A stretch of DNA of 43,418 nucleotides from positions 1 through 43,418 of the IMG/VR virus record IMGVR_UViG_3300043173_000134, one strand, 5' to 3'. Made by a program: the position numbers and the translations under genes. This document shows positions 26,908 to 35,931 of the stretch, one piece after another (position 1 is the stretch's first letter; each line of letters begins with the position of its first letter). This DNA is from a virus. Lineage: Duplodnaviria; Caudoviricetes. The notes under the pieces were generated by a model, which was given only the letters and a program-made list of their open reading frames with translations, did no database searches and was not told the origin of the DNA.

Positions 26908-27351
26908 ATGAGTGCATCCAAAGACTTTGTTGATTCGGTAAATGAAAAAAATAGATATGAAAACTTCAGTGAGGAAGTGGAGATTCTTGCTTCTGCCAAT
27001 GCGGGAGCGATGACGATCTATACTATCAAAAATAAAAACGGAGTGACGTTTCAGAAAGTTCCCGGACAGGCAGGACTTGCAGATCGCGGATATATGGGAT
27101 TTGTCAATGGGGATCGCGCAAGGCCTATTATGTTGACAGGTTCGGTCAAGACAACAACGACAGAATCAACAAACAATGATGTCACGCAAGGTACTGGTGG
27201 CGGGGGTAGCGGAGACATCAACAATAATTTCGCAAATCTTTTCCCTGTTGATTTGACTCCAAGCGTTGCTTATGATATTGAGTTGACAGCAAGCGCGGCA
27301 GGGCTTGACGATAGCGTTGAAACGAAAACCGGTTTTATTATTGTGACTTGA
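26908..27351 (+). CDS. putative tail tip protein with spike-like N-terminus and PKD C-terminal strands
   Basis: GFVNGDRARPI; ends YDIELTASAAGLDDSVETKTGFIIVT. Confidence 0.6.
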   Translation: MSASKDFVDSVNEKNRYENFSEEVEILASANAGAMTIYTIKNKNGVTFQKVPGQAGLADRGYMGFVNGDRARPIMLTGSVKTTTTESTNNDVTQGTGGGGSGDINNNFANLFPVDLTPSVAYDIELTASAAGLDDSVETKTGFIIVT

Positions 27352-27362
27352 GGAGAATACAA

Positions 27363-27803
27363 ATGTTTGGAAGCGCAAAGATAATTGAAGCACTCGCAAC
27401 AATAAAAGCTGACACGAAGAATCATAACGGTGAACTGCAAGAATTCAAGGAGACATTCAACAGACATCTTGAGAAAGAAGAAAAGAGATCGGCTGGGACT
27501 GATGAAAAAATGGAAGCCATTAAATGCAGTCTCCAGAATTTTGATTGTCCGCACAATGACAAGATCCTGAAACTCGAACGCAGATTTCACGACTCTCAAA
27601 AAGTTCATGACAACCGCAGGGCGACAGACAGAGAAGATCGAGCAAAAGAAAAAGCTCTCGAAGTAAAAGAGAGAGCGACAAAGGACGAAGAAATCGCCAA
27701 GTCAATATCGAGCTTGAAAACGTCAAGGAAATATCAATGGCTGACATCTTCTGGAATCTATATAATATTGGGTGTTATTCTGAAAAAGATTTTCACTTCA
27801 TAA
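27363..27803 (+). CDS. coiled-coil protein with C-terminal TM helix (holin-like candidate)
   Basis: Last gene of the late operon; SD GAGGAG; GIYIILGVILKKIF. Confidence 0.55.
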   Translation: MFGSAKIIEALATIKADTKNHNGELQEFKETFNRHLEKEEKRSAGTDEKMEAIKCSLQNFDCPHNDKILKLERRFHDSQKVHDNRRATDREDRAKEKALEVKERATKDEEIAKSISSLKTSRKYQWLTSSGIYIILGVILKKIFTS

Positions 27804-27815
27804 ATCACGCCACGA

Positions 27816-27850
27816 ATCGAGTCACGGTGCTGCCTACACTGTGGCTCGAT
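27816..27850 (+). other. 14-bp RNA hairpin at the end of the late operon
   Basis: ATCGAGTCACGGTG / CACTGTGGCTCGAT with two G-U pairs and a 7-nt loop. Confidence 0.55.
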
Positions 27851-28194
27851 CATATCTGACAAGCATTTCGAATATCTCCAAAAATCTGCTTCACTCAGTA
27901 CACAGCGTCATGACTTAACGCCTTGAAGCATGTCAGCACATGCAATCAGGGACCCAACCGCTCACAGACGATCTCACGCAGTTTCACAGCTTTCTGGTGA
28001 TGAACAGCAAAATCTCTCTCATTTTGATACATAACTGTCGTATTTTGAGGCACACTGTCTCGATTTGGGACGGGCGCCTTTGCATATTGTATCGGATCTC
28101 CCTGGGGTGTACTACATTTAGTGGCTCCAGTTTGGCATCCGTGTTGCGATGTTATCAGTCAGTTAAAACGAAACTTAATTGAAAGGATTGAAAA

Positions 28195-28374
28195 ATGACA
28201 AACGAATGGAAAACAAGCGACATAAAAATTCACACAGATAGTCAGCAATGCAGAACCGCAACACATAGGTTTCAGGGGACTTTGATTGACATGGATTATT
28301 ATCCAACAAGTGCAGATTGTCGCAGGGATGCAGTTGAAGTATTAAAAGAAATGAAAGAATTGGCAGGAGTTTAA
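28195..28374 (+). CDS. hypothetical protein (59 aa, not in ORF track)
   Basis: GAAAGGATTGAAAAATG start context. Confidence 0.6.
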   Translation: MTNEWKTSDIKIHTDSQQCRTATHRFQGTLIDMDYYPTSADCRRDAVEVLKEMKELAGV

Positions 28375-28415
28375 CATTAACCGACTAGTGATCGCAGATG
28401 CGAGAGGATTGAAAA

Positions 28416-28586
28416 ATGGTTATCAAAAAAACAATCAGCAAGACAATGGATGTTTTGATTAACGAAGTCAAGCGGCTTAACAACCTGAGGGAATCAGCCC
28501 CGGTGGATGTCACGGAAGAGGATGCAATAAAAGATGCTATCATAGAAATTAATGAAGCGTTCCATATACTCGATTCAATTCTTTAA
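28416..28586 (+). CDS. hypothetical protein (56 aa, not in ORF track)
   Basis: GAGAGGATTGAAAAATG start context, nearly identical to the preceding gene. Confidence 0.6.
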   Translation: MVIKKTISKTMDVLINEVKRLNNLRESAPVDVTEEDAIKDAIIEINEAFHILDSIL

Positions 28587-28600
28587 TAAAGGAGTCAAAA

Positions 28601-29062
28601 ATGCAATTAAGTTTATTCACTGACAAAGCAACCTGCCAAAGTTGTCAGCAAGAAAAAACAGGAGTTGAGTTTTCACACGAAGCCCAGAAATGGTTATGTG
28701 ATGAATGTCAATATCCTGAAATTGAAAAGAGTGAAGCGCCGCAAGAAAGTTTCTCAGACGGAATAGAGTGTCCGTATTGCGAGAAGAAAAGAGAGCAAGT
28801 CAATTGCGCAATGTCTATAGATAATGAGTTTGATTATTGTTGCGTGGTTTGTAATTTGGAATATTTAAGCTGGAATGGTAAGACGATGCACAATGAGGTA
28901 TATACTGAATACAAAAACAATAAACTAATCAGGCGATATGAGGAGGCCCTGAGATCAGACAAAAAAAATAATGACGCTGCATGGAAGCCGCATTTAAAAA
29001 CTATAACAGAACGTTCCGAAATATATGCTCGTGAAAACATTGAAAGGAAAGGAAATGAATAA
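28601..29062 (+). CDS. double Zn-ribbon hypothetical protein
   Basis: CQSC/CDEC and CPYC/CVVC; SD AAGGAG. Confidence 0.7.
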   Translation: MQLSLFTDKATCQSCQQEKTGVEFSHEAQKWLCDECQYPEIEKSEAPQESFSDGIECPYCEKKREQVNCAMSIDNEFDYCCVVCNLEYLSWNGKTMHNEVYTEYKNNKLIRRYEEALRSDKKNNDAAWKPHLKTITERSEIYARENIERKGNE

Positions 29063-29345
29063 AGTAAAAGAGCCTAAGATCAAAGCAGGCGACAAAGTAA
29101 AGAACTACAACGGGCACGAGTATAAGGTGTTGAAAGTTTCGAACACTTATGATGAGATTGAAATGTATGACGAAACAGGAATCTGTCAATGTTATTCAAC
29201 AGAGGAACGTCTGGAAGAGTTCGGGCTTGATCCAGAAAATATTTTATATTGTGCTGTTGATAACTCGCCAGTGGAGACGATTGAAAAATACGTCAGGACA
29301 TTTGTCTTTTTAATTACAAGAGATTCAGGAATCTTAGGAGAATAA
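29055..29345 (+). CDS. hypothetical protein
   Basis: SD GAAAGGA. Confidence 0.65.
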   Translation: MNKVKEPKIKAGDKVKNYNGHEYKVLKVSNTYDEIEMYDETGICQCYSTEERLEEFGLDPENILYCAVDNSPVETIEKYVRTFVFLITRDSGILGE

Positions 29346-29346
29346 A

Positions 29347-29532
29347 ATGACGAAGCCATACAAGCACAAATTGACAAAGAAGCATTTGAAACACTTGAAG
29401 GAGTTCGGCATATACAATTACATCGGCATTGAGGCGCAGATGAAGCGATTAATTGAAGATCGCAAGACCTCGATACATGAGCCGTGCTTTGAGTGTAAGG
29501 AGATAGCAGGAAAGCTAGGGCTGCCAACATAA
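29347..29532 (+). CDS. hypothetical protein
   Basis: SD AGGAG; EPCFECKEIA..LGL. Confidence 0.65.
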   Translation: MTKPYKHKLTKKHLKHLKEFGIYNYIGIEAQMKRLIEDRKTSIHEPCFECKEIAGKLGLPT

Positions 29533-29560
29533 CTGTTATTCAAAAAGAAAGGAAATCGAA

Positions 29561-29851
29561 ATGCATCCAACAGAATTGTTTTTAAGAAAAGAAGCAGACA
29601 CGGCAAGAGAAGAACGCAGGAAAGAGAGCATGAGCGAAGCACGAAGGGAAATAAATATCTATCTCGCACAAGGCATGGAGCGAAATGTTGCTGTCAATTT
29701 CGTTCTTGATAATAATAAAATCCCTATTCTATATAAGAAAGAGGTCCGTCAGTTCTTTCGCTATGGCTGCCATGCAATATGTAGTATGGCTGGGGTTCAC
29801 TATGACATAAAACAGGAAAATAGTTCAAATTTAGTCCTTGAAGCGATTTGA
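29561..29851 (+). CDS. hypothetical protein
   Basis: SD GAAAGGA. Confidence 0.6.
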   Translation: MHPTELFLRKEADTAREERRKESMSEARREINIYLAQGMERNVAVNFVLDNNKIPILYKKEVRQFFRYGCHAICSMAGVHYDIKQENSSNLVLEAI

Positions 29852-29907
29852 AAACCGAGTATTATGCATCCATAAATAAAACTCAATTACTTTTTAAAGG
29901 ACAAAAA

Positions 29908-30150
29908 ATGACAGTAACAATTTTGAAGAACACAAGGCAGTTGAACGAATTAAACAAGGGCGTTAAAAAACAAAAAACGATATTTAAAGAGGGGGGTGCT
30001 GTAATCGTGGATCTTCCAAATAGAAGAGCGTATGGAAAAATATTTGCTGTGAAGAAAGGATATAAACAGTTAACCGGGGAGACCTGTTATGAGGTGCATG
30101 GCAAAGAGTTCATGACGATAACAAGCGCAAGAAAATTAAGCACTGTTTAG
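29908..30150 (+). CDS. hypothetical protein
   Basis: SD AAAGGA. Confidence 0.6.
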   Translation: MTVTILKNTRQLNELNKGVKKQKTIFKEGGAVIVDLPNRRAYGKIFAVKKGYKQLTGETCYEVHGKEFMTITSARKLSTV

Positions 30151-30164
30151 ATAGAAAGGATAAT

Positions 30165-30362
30165 ATGAAAACCGACCAAATGCTTTTTTTGCTGGAATTA
30201 TCTTCCCTACTCGAAAAGAACAAAGCAACAATATTTTACACGAATGATGATGATGGAATTCATATCGAGTCAAACGGTGAGGAATTTTTCGTTGGATATC
30301 TTTCTGATGATGACGCAGGCAAAGAACTATACAACAACGTAATCAAAAGAGGAAAAGGTTAA
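30165..30362 (+). CDS. hypothetical protein
   Basis: SD GAAAGGA. Confidence 0.65.
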   Translation: MKTDQMLFLLELSSLLEKNKATIFYTNDDDGIHIESNGEEFFVGYLSDDDAGKELYNNVIKRGKG

Positions 30363-30397
30363 CCTACCACGTTAAGAATTTCCAGAAAGAAGGCCTG

Positions 30398-30577
30398 ATG
30401 TATAGAGTAGTAATATTAAGCGGCAAACCGTATGCGATGAAGATAGACGAAGTGGAAGACGATTTAGAAAATATTGAAGGATTTGTTGCAGAGGGTAGCG
30501 TGGTTATATTGTGTGATGATTTAGTGGAGTTGGAGCCATTAGGCATAGACCCCGCTTCAGTGGAAATAGTTGATTGA
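30398..30577 (+). CDS. acidic hypothetical protein (59 aa, not in ORF track)
   Basis: MYRVVILSGKPYAMKIDEVEDDLENIEGFV...; SD GAAGG. Confidence 0.6.
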   Translation: MYRVVILSGKPYAMKIDEVEDDLENIEGFVAEGSVVILCDDLVELEPLGIDPASVEIVD

Positions 30578-30599
30578 TTTTAGAAAGGAGAATTTAAAA

Positions 30600-30794
30600 A
30601 TGTATTTCAGTATGCCAGAACCAGCCTCTAATTTGTATCATGTTTTTGGTGATGATCATCGTTCCTTATGCGGAGGGTTTGCAATTCTCAATTCAAACAA
30701 AAACGCACAAGTAAAAGTTCAAGGCACTGAGACATGGAGCAAGGGACAGGATTGCAAGTCGTGTTTTAGAAAAGCAAAATTAAAAATAAATTAG
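30600..30794 (+). CDS. Zn-binding hypothetical protein
   Basis: H...SLCG...DCKSC; SD GAAAGGAG. Confidence 0.65.
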   Translation: MYFSMPEPASNLYHVFGDDHRSLCGGFAILNSNKNAQVKVQGTETWSKGQDCKSCFRKAKLKIN

Positions 30795-30809
30795 ACGAAG
30801 GGATTCAAA

Positions 30810-31037
30810 ATGGTCACCAAGTTATATTATAGAGTCGCAACGTTTCGGGAAGCAGGTCTCGAAGCGAAGTGGAGCAAGAGAGCAGGGGCTCCTTACTTAG
30901 TAGCAAGAAAAGCGGGAACAAAAACGTGGTTCGTTGTTACGTCAGATATGTTCGAGAGAATGGGAGTTGTCGGAGTCGAGAAAGGCTTCGAAGAATACAC
31001 GCTTCTTGGAAATGTGCTTTCAGTTAGTGCATTATAA
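30810..31037 (+). CDS. hypothetical protein
   Basis: SD GAAGGG. Confidence 0.65.
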   Translation: MVTKLYYRVATFREAGLEAKWSKRAGAPYLVARKAGTKTWFVVTSDMFERMGVVGVEKGFEEYTLLGNVLSVSAL

Positions 31038-31068
31038 TATTTTTATAGAATCAGAGTGGAGGAAAAGG

Positions 31069-31389
31069 ATGTTGCCGATGAATAAGTTGCTTGAAGATGT
31101 TGCCGAATTTGTAAAGAACAGGGAGGCGGAAGTGATGGGCACTCCCGTGGGGCACGAAGATGTGCAGAAGCAACGGGACGAGGTTGTTTTGTTTGCGAAT
31201 GAAATGTCCGATAAGTATGAGGAACATGTGAGTGTCGAACTCGTTGACACTCTGATGGTTTCCTATCAGGACTCACTTGATAAAGAAAATGACGAGAGAA
31301 AGGAGAAAGGCACGACAGAAAAAAACCCAGTCAAGGACACGCTTGACAATATTGACGATGGAATTGATTTAGACAGTGAAGGAAATTAG
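31069..31389 (+). CDS. acidic hypothetical protein
   Basis: SD GGAGG. Confidence 0.65.
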   Translation: MLPMNKLLEDVAEFVKNREAEVMGTPVGHEDVQKQRDEVVLFANEMSDKYEEHVSVELVDTLMVSYQDSLDKENDERKEKGTTEKNPVKDTLDNIDDGIDLDSEGN

Positions 31390-31425
31390 AAAATTTATAA
31401 TTTAACTTGAAAGGATTTAATTATT

Positions 31426-31737
31426 ATGAAGATTGATACATCTATTCAAAAAATGGAAGAGGCACTGGAAAAGAAAAAGAAGTTGAGAGCCGAGAAGGAC
31501 AAGGAGCGAGTCACTACGCTTGAAGGCCGGATCAAGCTCAAGACAGAAAAAATCACAAAGCTCCAGGACGATCTCGCAAACCTGACCACCGAGAAAGAAA
31601 CGGTGGAGGCTCGAATCAAGGAAGCTGGCGGCGCAACGAAGGAAGAGGATTACGTTCCAGGGAAAGAGAGTTCACAGAAGAACGCAGGCGATCAAACTGG
31701 AAAGAGTACGACAAAAATCGCTTCGAAAAAGAAGTGA
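31426..31737 (+). CDS. coiled-coil hypothetical protein
   Basis: SD GAAAGGA. Confidence 0.7.
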   Translation: MKIDTSIQKMEEALEKKKKLRAEKDKERVTTLEGRIKLKTEKITKLQDDLANLTTEKETVEARIKEAGGATKEEDYVPGKESSQKNAGDQTGKSTTKIASKKK

Positions 31738-31781
31738 AAGTCGATAGGGATTAATTTATATTTCTAACACAGAGGAAATAA

Positions 31782-32717
31782 ATGAAAAATGCAATTGTGA
31801 AGTATATGACGGACGCAGGGGAGATGGAGCTGTCTCCTGAAATAATCAAGAGCTATCTTGTTCCAGCAGATTCAAAGATCACAGATCAGGAGATCGGATT
31901 CTTCTTGCAGATGTGCAAGTTTCAAAAACTGAATCCGTTCATGAAAGAAATCTACATTGTAAAATACGGAGCTTATCCTGCGGCCTTTATTGTCGGGAAA
32001 GAAACGTTTTTGAGGAGAGCGAAAAAGAATGACACTTACCAGGGGCATTCTGTTGGAATCTCAGACGATGGCAAGGTTGCATTTGCAGAGGTTTCCATCA
32101 AAGACTTTAAGAAGCCGATCAAATGTGAAGTTGAATATGATGAATATGTTCAGTTGAAAGATGGGAAGCCGAATAAGATGTGGACGTCCAAGCCGAAAAC
32201 GATGTTGAAGAAAGTCGCACTCGTTCAGGCTCTCAGAGAAGCATTCCCGCAAGACCTCGGAGGACTGTATGATGCAACCGAAGTTGATCAGGAAGAACAG
32301 ATCATCGATGTCGAAGCAAATGAAGTCAAAACGGCTCAAAGCAAATCCGAGAAAGAAGCGACAGAAAGTGAGCCGTCAGATTCGCCTGAGAGCGGCGCCA
32401 GTGATTCGGGTGATGGTAAGACATCAACAACGCCAGTGAAAGGCGAGAGACTGGAGATTCTTTCGAAGATCAAGGGTGTGACAAAGAAGAAAGGAGGGAC
32501 GACTGACAAGCCGTGGACAAAGTTCACAATTGAGACTGTTGGCGGGTCGTTCTACACTACATTTGACGAAGTGTACGCAACGGAAGCAAGCAAGATCAAA
32601 GGCAAGGACGTTGAAGCTCTGATCATTTACGATGTTGTTGTCAAAGGAGATCAGACGTATTATAATCTGGCTCCCGTCAAAGGCGACAAGCAAGAGGGGT
32701 TCACTGTCACTGGATAG
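31782..32717 (+). CDS. bet: Red-beta/Bet single-strand annealing protein with C-terminal OB-like domain
   Basis: TDQEI.FFL.MCK.QKLNPF.KEIYIVKY...VGKETF..RA...W.SKP.TML.KVA.VQALREAFP..LGGLY. Confidence 0.92.
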   Translation: MKNAIVKYMTDAGEMELSPEIIKSYLVPADSKITDQEIGFFLQMCKFQKLNPFMKEIYIVKYGAYPAAFIVGKETFLRRAKKNDTYQGHSVGISDDGKVAFAEVSIKDFKKPIKCEVEYDEYVQLKDGKPNKMWTSKPKTMLKKVALVQALREAFPQDLGGLYDATEVDQEEQIIDVEANEVKTAQSKSEKEATESEPSDSPESGASDSGDGKTSTTPVKGERLEILSKIKGVTKKKGGTTDKPWTKFTIETVGGSFYTTFDEVYATEASKIKGKDVEALIIYDVVVKGDQTYYNLAPVKGDKQEGFTVTG

Positions 32718-32874
32718 AAGGGAAGCGGGTACGTTCTGTGAAAGGTTTAAAACACTCCAGCATGCTAAGTGGATCCAAGTGTTAAAAGTTAAATCTTTAC
32801 TTTCACGGAACGCCCGATCCCGTCACGGCTTTCATCGTTTTGTTGTAATTTTATTATTTAAGAAAGGGCAAACT

Positions 32875-33072
32875 ATGAAGTTTTTATTTTTACTTTGGAT
32901 AGTCCTTGCTGTTGGGTTAGGCACTGGATGGGTGAAAAATATTGTTAAGCTTACTAGATGTGATTTTGAAGCACCATACAAAGCCGAAGTTTTGCGAGGC
33001 GTAGGGATTATCCCTCCTATTGGGGCTGTTGTCGGCTGGATGACTTTTGACGAAGAAAAGAAAGGATTTTAA
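32875..33072 (+). CDS. small membrane protein (GWVKNIVKL..CDFEAPYK.E..RGVGI..P family)
   Basis: Two hydrophobic segments; SD GAAAGGG. Confidence 0.75.
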   Translation: MKFLFLLWIVLAVGLGTGWVKNIVKLTRCDFEAPYKAEVLRGVGIIPPIGAVVGWMTFDEEKKGF

Positions 33073-33690
33073 GTGTCTAGCGATTTCGTTTTTAATGAGA
33101 AAGATCACACATATTTTTTTTGTGGGAAGAGGGTTCCTTCTGTAACTGGGATCATAAAAGAACTAAGCGACTTTTCTGGAATCCCTCCGTGGGTCTTAAA
33201 TAACAAAGCGGCTCTTGGGACAGAATTTCATCGGATTATAAAACTGCATTTTCTTGATGATCTTTTATATGACACGATTGATCCGAGACTTGTCAAAGCG
33301 TTCAACACCTTTCTCCAATGGTCGAAACCGAGACTAGAGGAATTCCGAAAAGCGATCTCAGAGAGAAAGTTGTTTAACGAAAAGATGTGGCTGGCTGGAA
33401 CTTGCGATCTCGCAACACCCGGAGAATTATTTGATTGGAAACTCCGAAAATATATTCCAGTAACAGATATTTTACAGCTTGATGGATACGACACTCTCCT
33501 TGGAGGCGGGAAGCGAAAGCGTTGGACAATGTGCTTTGATATGAAGTCAGGAAGACTCCGTCAGGTGCGCTCAGAACACACTCAGTCCCATTCAATGTTT
33601 ATGTACATGCTTGACTATCATCACAGTGAAGAGAAAGACGAAGAGAAGCACTTGACCTTATTAGACAGTTGGAGAGGAGAGTTTAATTAA
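33073..33690 (+). CDS. PD-(D/E)XK exonuclease (Bet partner)
   Basis: F.E..H.Y....VPSVT.I...GTEFH...E..L......AGTCDL...DWK...QL.GY. Confidence 0.85.
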   Translation: MSSDFVFNEKDHTYFFCGKRVPSVTGIIKELSDFSGIPPWVLNNKAALGTEFHRIIKLHFLDDLLYDTIDPRLVKAFNTFLQWSKPRLEEFRKAISERKLFNEKMWLAGTCDLATPGELFDWKLRKYIPVTDILQLDGYDTLLGGGKRKRWTMCFDMKSGRLRQVRSEHTQSHSMFMYMLDYHHSEEKDEEKHLTLLDSWRGEFN

Positions 33691-33860
33691 ATGCACGAGT
33701 AGAAGCGATGAAAGCGCAAAATGAGTACAGGAAATGCCGTGATGAAAACCCTGAATATACATTTGACGACTTTGAAGAACAAGCAATAAATATAGCCGAT
33801 GCATCCCAATTCTTTAGAGACTTTAGATTTACATAGAATATTTTTAGAAAGAAAACCCAA

Positions 33861-34043
33861 ATGGAATATTGTCAGTATTTTGAAGATGGAAAATGTCGAT
33901 ACTATCAAGCGTTGACAGGCACTGGCGAAGACCCGCCAACAGGAATGGACGATGACAACGGCGATTGTCTCGCCATACAAGAGCAAGAAACATGGGACAT
34001 GGTAGACGGTGACGATTGCGACATGATAAATTGGAACGAATAA
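33861..34043 (+). CDS. acidic Cys-rich hypothetical protein
   Basis: ORF with four Cys. Confidence 0.55.
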   Translation: MEYCQYFEDGKCRYYQALTGTGEDPPTGMDDDNGDCLAIQEQETWDMVDGDDCDMINWNE

Positions 34044-34072
34044 TTAATTTTTTTACTTGAAAGGAAAGTAAT

Positions 34073-34273
34073 ATGAGCAAAGTGGAATTGACAGACTTTA
34101 AGCTCGAAAAATCTCCATGGCCATCAGGCGGATATTATTACTTGAGCAGGGAGGATTCAGATCTTTACGACGAGGCAAAGGACAGCGATGACGAAAAGGA
34201 CAAACAGATCGTCAAGTTAATTTTGCAAAAAGCGCAGACATGCAGAGGCGCACATGTGAATTCCAACTATTAA
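34073..34273 (+). CDS. hypothetical protein
   Basis: SD GAAAGGA. Confidence 0.6.
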   Translation: MSKVELTDFKLEKSPWPSGGYYYLSREDSDLYDEAKDSDDEKDKQIVKLILQKAQTCRGAHVNSNY

Positions 34274-34291
34274 TTGAAAGGAAAAAGAATC

Positions 34292-35062
34292 ATGGTTCAG
34301 AGCAAACACAAAGCTTCAGAAAAAAAGGAAACAACGGAAAAGAAACTCGTGAAAATCAATGACACGACAAACGATTTTCTTGATGGCTTGGGCTCGTTTA
34401 AGATCACAGACAAAGAGAGCTTTGACACGGCAGCACTCCACCTGGAGACTATCGGGAAGATGAAAAAAGTGATCACAACTTTCTGGGCGCCGCTGGTCAA
34501 GTCTGCATTTGACACCAAAGCGAGTGCGGCAAAGTCACTTCGTTCAGTGCGAGACAAAGAAGAGGAGTGTCTTATTCGATGTGAAAAGGCTGACAAGCAT
34601 TTCAGGAAGCTTCGCCTCGCTTACAAGACAGTGCAAGACGAAATTGATCGCAAGGCGAGAGAGAAGGCAGCGGAACTGGCAGAGAAGGTGGCGAAAAAAG
34701 AATCTGACAAGCTGTTGAAGAAAGCAGAAAAAACAATCGATCCAGTGAAGGAAGAACAATTGATCGAAAAAGCTGACGAGGTGAAAGTCGCTCCAGTGTT
34801 TATTCCAAAGACTGTTAAAAAGTCAGAGAGGACAGAGAGCGGAACACTCAACACATTCGTTCCAATCGTTGAGATTGAAGTCCACGACATCAAAAGCATT
34901 TGCGGAATGATCTTCAACGGAGAACTACCTGTCAATGTCGTGACAGTGAGTGAACCAAAAATCAAAGCATGGGCGAAGTCGTTTGATAAACCCCCAGGCA
35001 TGTATGACGGCTTCAATATTAATCACACAGAGAAGGAGAGAATCACCTCAAGGAACACATAG
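34292..35062 (+). CDS. coiled-coil phage protein of the recombination region
   Basis: SD GAAAGGA; long ORF. Confidence 0.75.
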   Translation: MVQSKHKASEKKETTEKKLVKINDTTNDFLDGLGSFKITDKESFDTAALHLETIGKMKKVITTFWAPLVKSAFDTKASAAKSLRSVRDKEEECLIRCEKADKHFRKLRLAYKTVQDEIDRKAREKAAELAEKVAKKESDKLLKKAEKTIDPVKEEQLIEKADEVKVAPVFIPKTVKKSERTESGTLNTFVPIVEIEVHDIKSICGMIFNGELPVNVVTVSEPKIKAWAKSFDKPPGMYDGFNINHTEKERITSRNT

Positions 35063-35064
35063 GC

Positions 35065-35253
35065 ATGACATTGGATCGAAACATGAAATGGGACGCACAA
35101 TATAAATTGATGTGCATGAAGTATTTGAACATGAATCATGTCCAGGCGGAAGCGCACTTTAGATCAGCACCCGACTTTGATCGTGGCTATAGTCCTTTTT
35201 GGTATATCACGGAAGAACTTAATTGTCAGTTTGTAGAAAGGAAGCCAAAATGA
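35065..35253 (+). CDS. hypothetical protein
   Basis: ORF coupled to its neighbours. Confidence 0.55.
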   Translation: MTLDRNMKWDAQYKLMCMKYLNMNHVQAEAHFRSAPDFDRGYSPFWYITEELNCQFVERKPK

Positions 35254-35402
35254 GAACGGTTGTAATACTTGGAGCGTTGTCGATTTGCGAGAGCATCAAT
35301 CCCGGACAAAAAATTCCAGGGTTTTACGCTTCTGTTTTAATAGTGGTAGTGATGTTGAGTATGGTCGCGGATATTATTAACTTTATAGAAAGGAAAAAAT
35401 AA
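35250..35402 (+). CDS. small membrane protein (50 aa, not in ORF track)
   Basis: ATGA overlap, SD GAAAGGA, hydrophobic helix. Confidence 0.55.
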   Translation: MRTVVILGALSICESINPGQKIPGFYASVLIVVVMLSMVADIINFIERKK

Positions 35403-35642
35403 ATGTTTAAGCAGAGATATAAAAAGAGGAAACCTTTATCAAGTTGCAGTCACCCGAAGCATGTGTTCCCGAAGAACAAAGGCAAATGCCTCTGCGGGTA
35501 TTACTACAAAGACAACGGCAGAATATTACGGGAAAAAGGAGCCAGCTTCGTTGCAGGAACGACAGCGGACTTTAACTACAGCGGGAAGCACCCAACAAAA
35601 AGATCGCTTAAAAGAAAAATCAAAGCGATGCTGAGGAAGTAA
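35403..35642 (+). CDS. basic hypothetical protein
   Basis: SD GAAAGGA; C.H.KH...C.CG. Confidence 0.6.
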   Translation: MFKQRYKKRKPLSSCSHPKHVFPKNKGKCLCGYYYKDNGRILREKGASFVAGTTADFNYSGKHPTKRSLKRKIKAMLRK

Positions 35643-35920
35643 TGACAAATAAAAAAGATATATTTCGAAAGGGCCCAGTTAATCCAGTGAAGGCATTATT
35701 GCTTCGAATGTCAAAGGAGGACGTCTATGAATATCACTATAACACTGGAAAATATCATCATGATATTAAGATCAAAATGGAACTGCCGAGCGCCGCCGAT
35801 AGTGCGGTAGGCTTTAGAGGGTATATGGACGGGTATAGCGGGAGAGAGTTCAAGATTCCAACATCGCCTGAGCTGATTATTGATGAACTCCATAAAAACG
35901 GAATGAAAACAGTCAATTAG
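35642..35920 (+). CDS. hypothetical protein
   Basis: TAATG overlap, SD GAGG. Confidence 0.6.
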   Translation: MTNKKDIFRKGPVNPVKALLLRMSKEDVYEYHYNTGKYHHDIKIKMELPSAADSAVGFRGYMDGYSGREFKIPTSPELIIDELHKNGMKTVN

Positions 35921-35931
35921 AAAGGACGCCA

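Noticed and set aside
23740-27351. Diversity-generating retroelement targeting tail genes
   Set aside because: No reverse transcriptase and no TR/VR repeat pair noticed.
27940-28182. 80-aa ORF in the late/early gap
   Set aside because: No SD, atypical composition; more likely a regulatory region.
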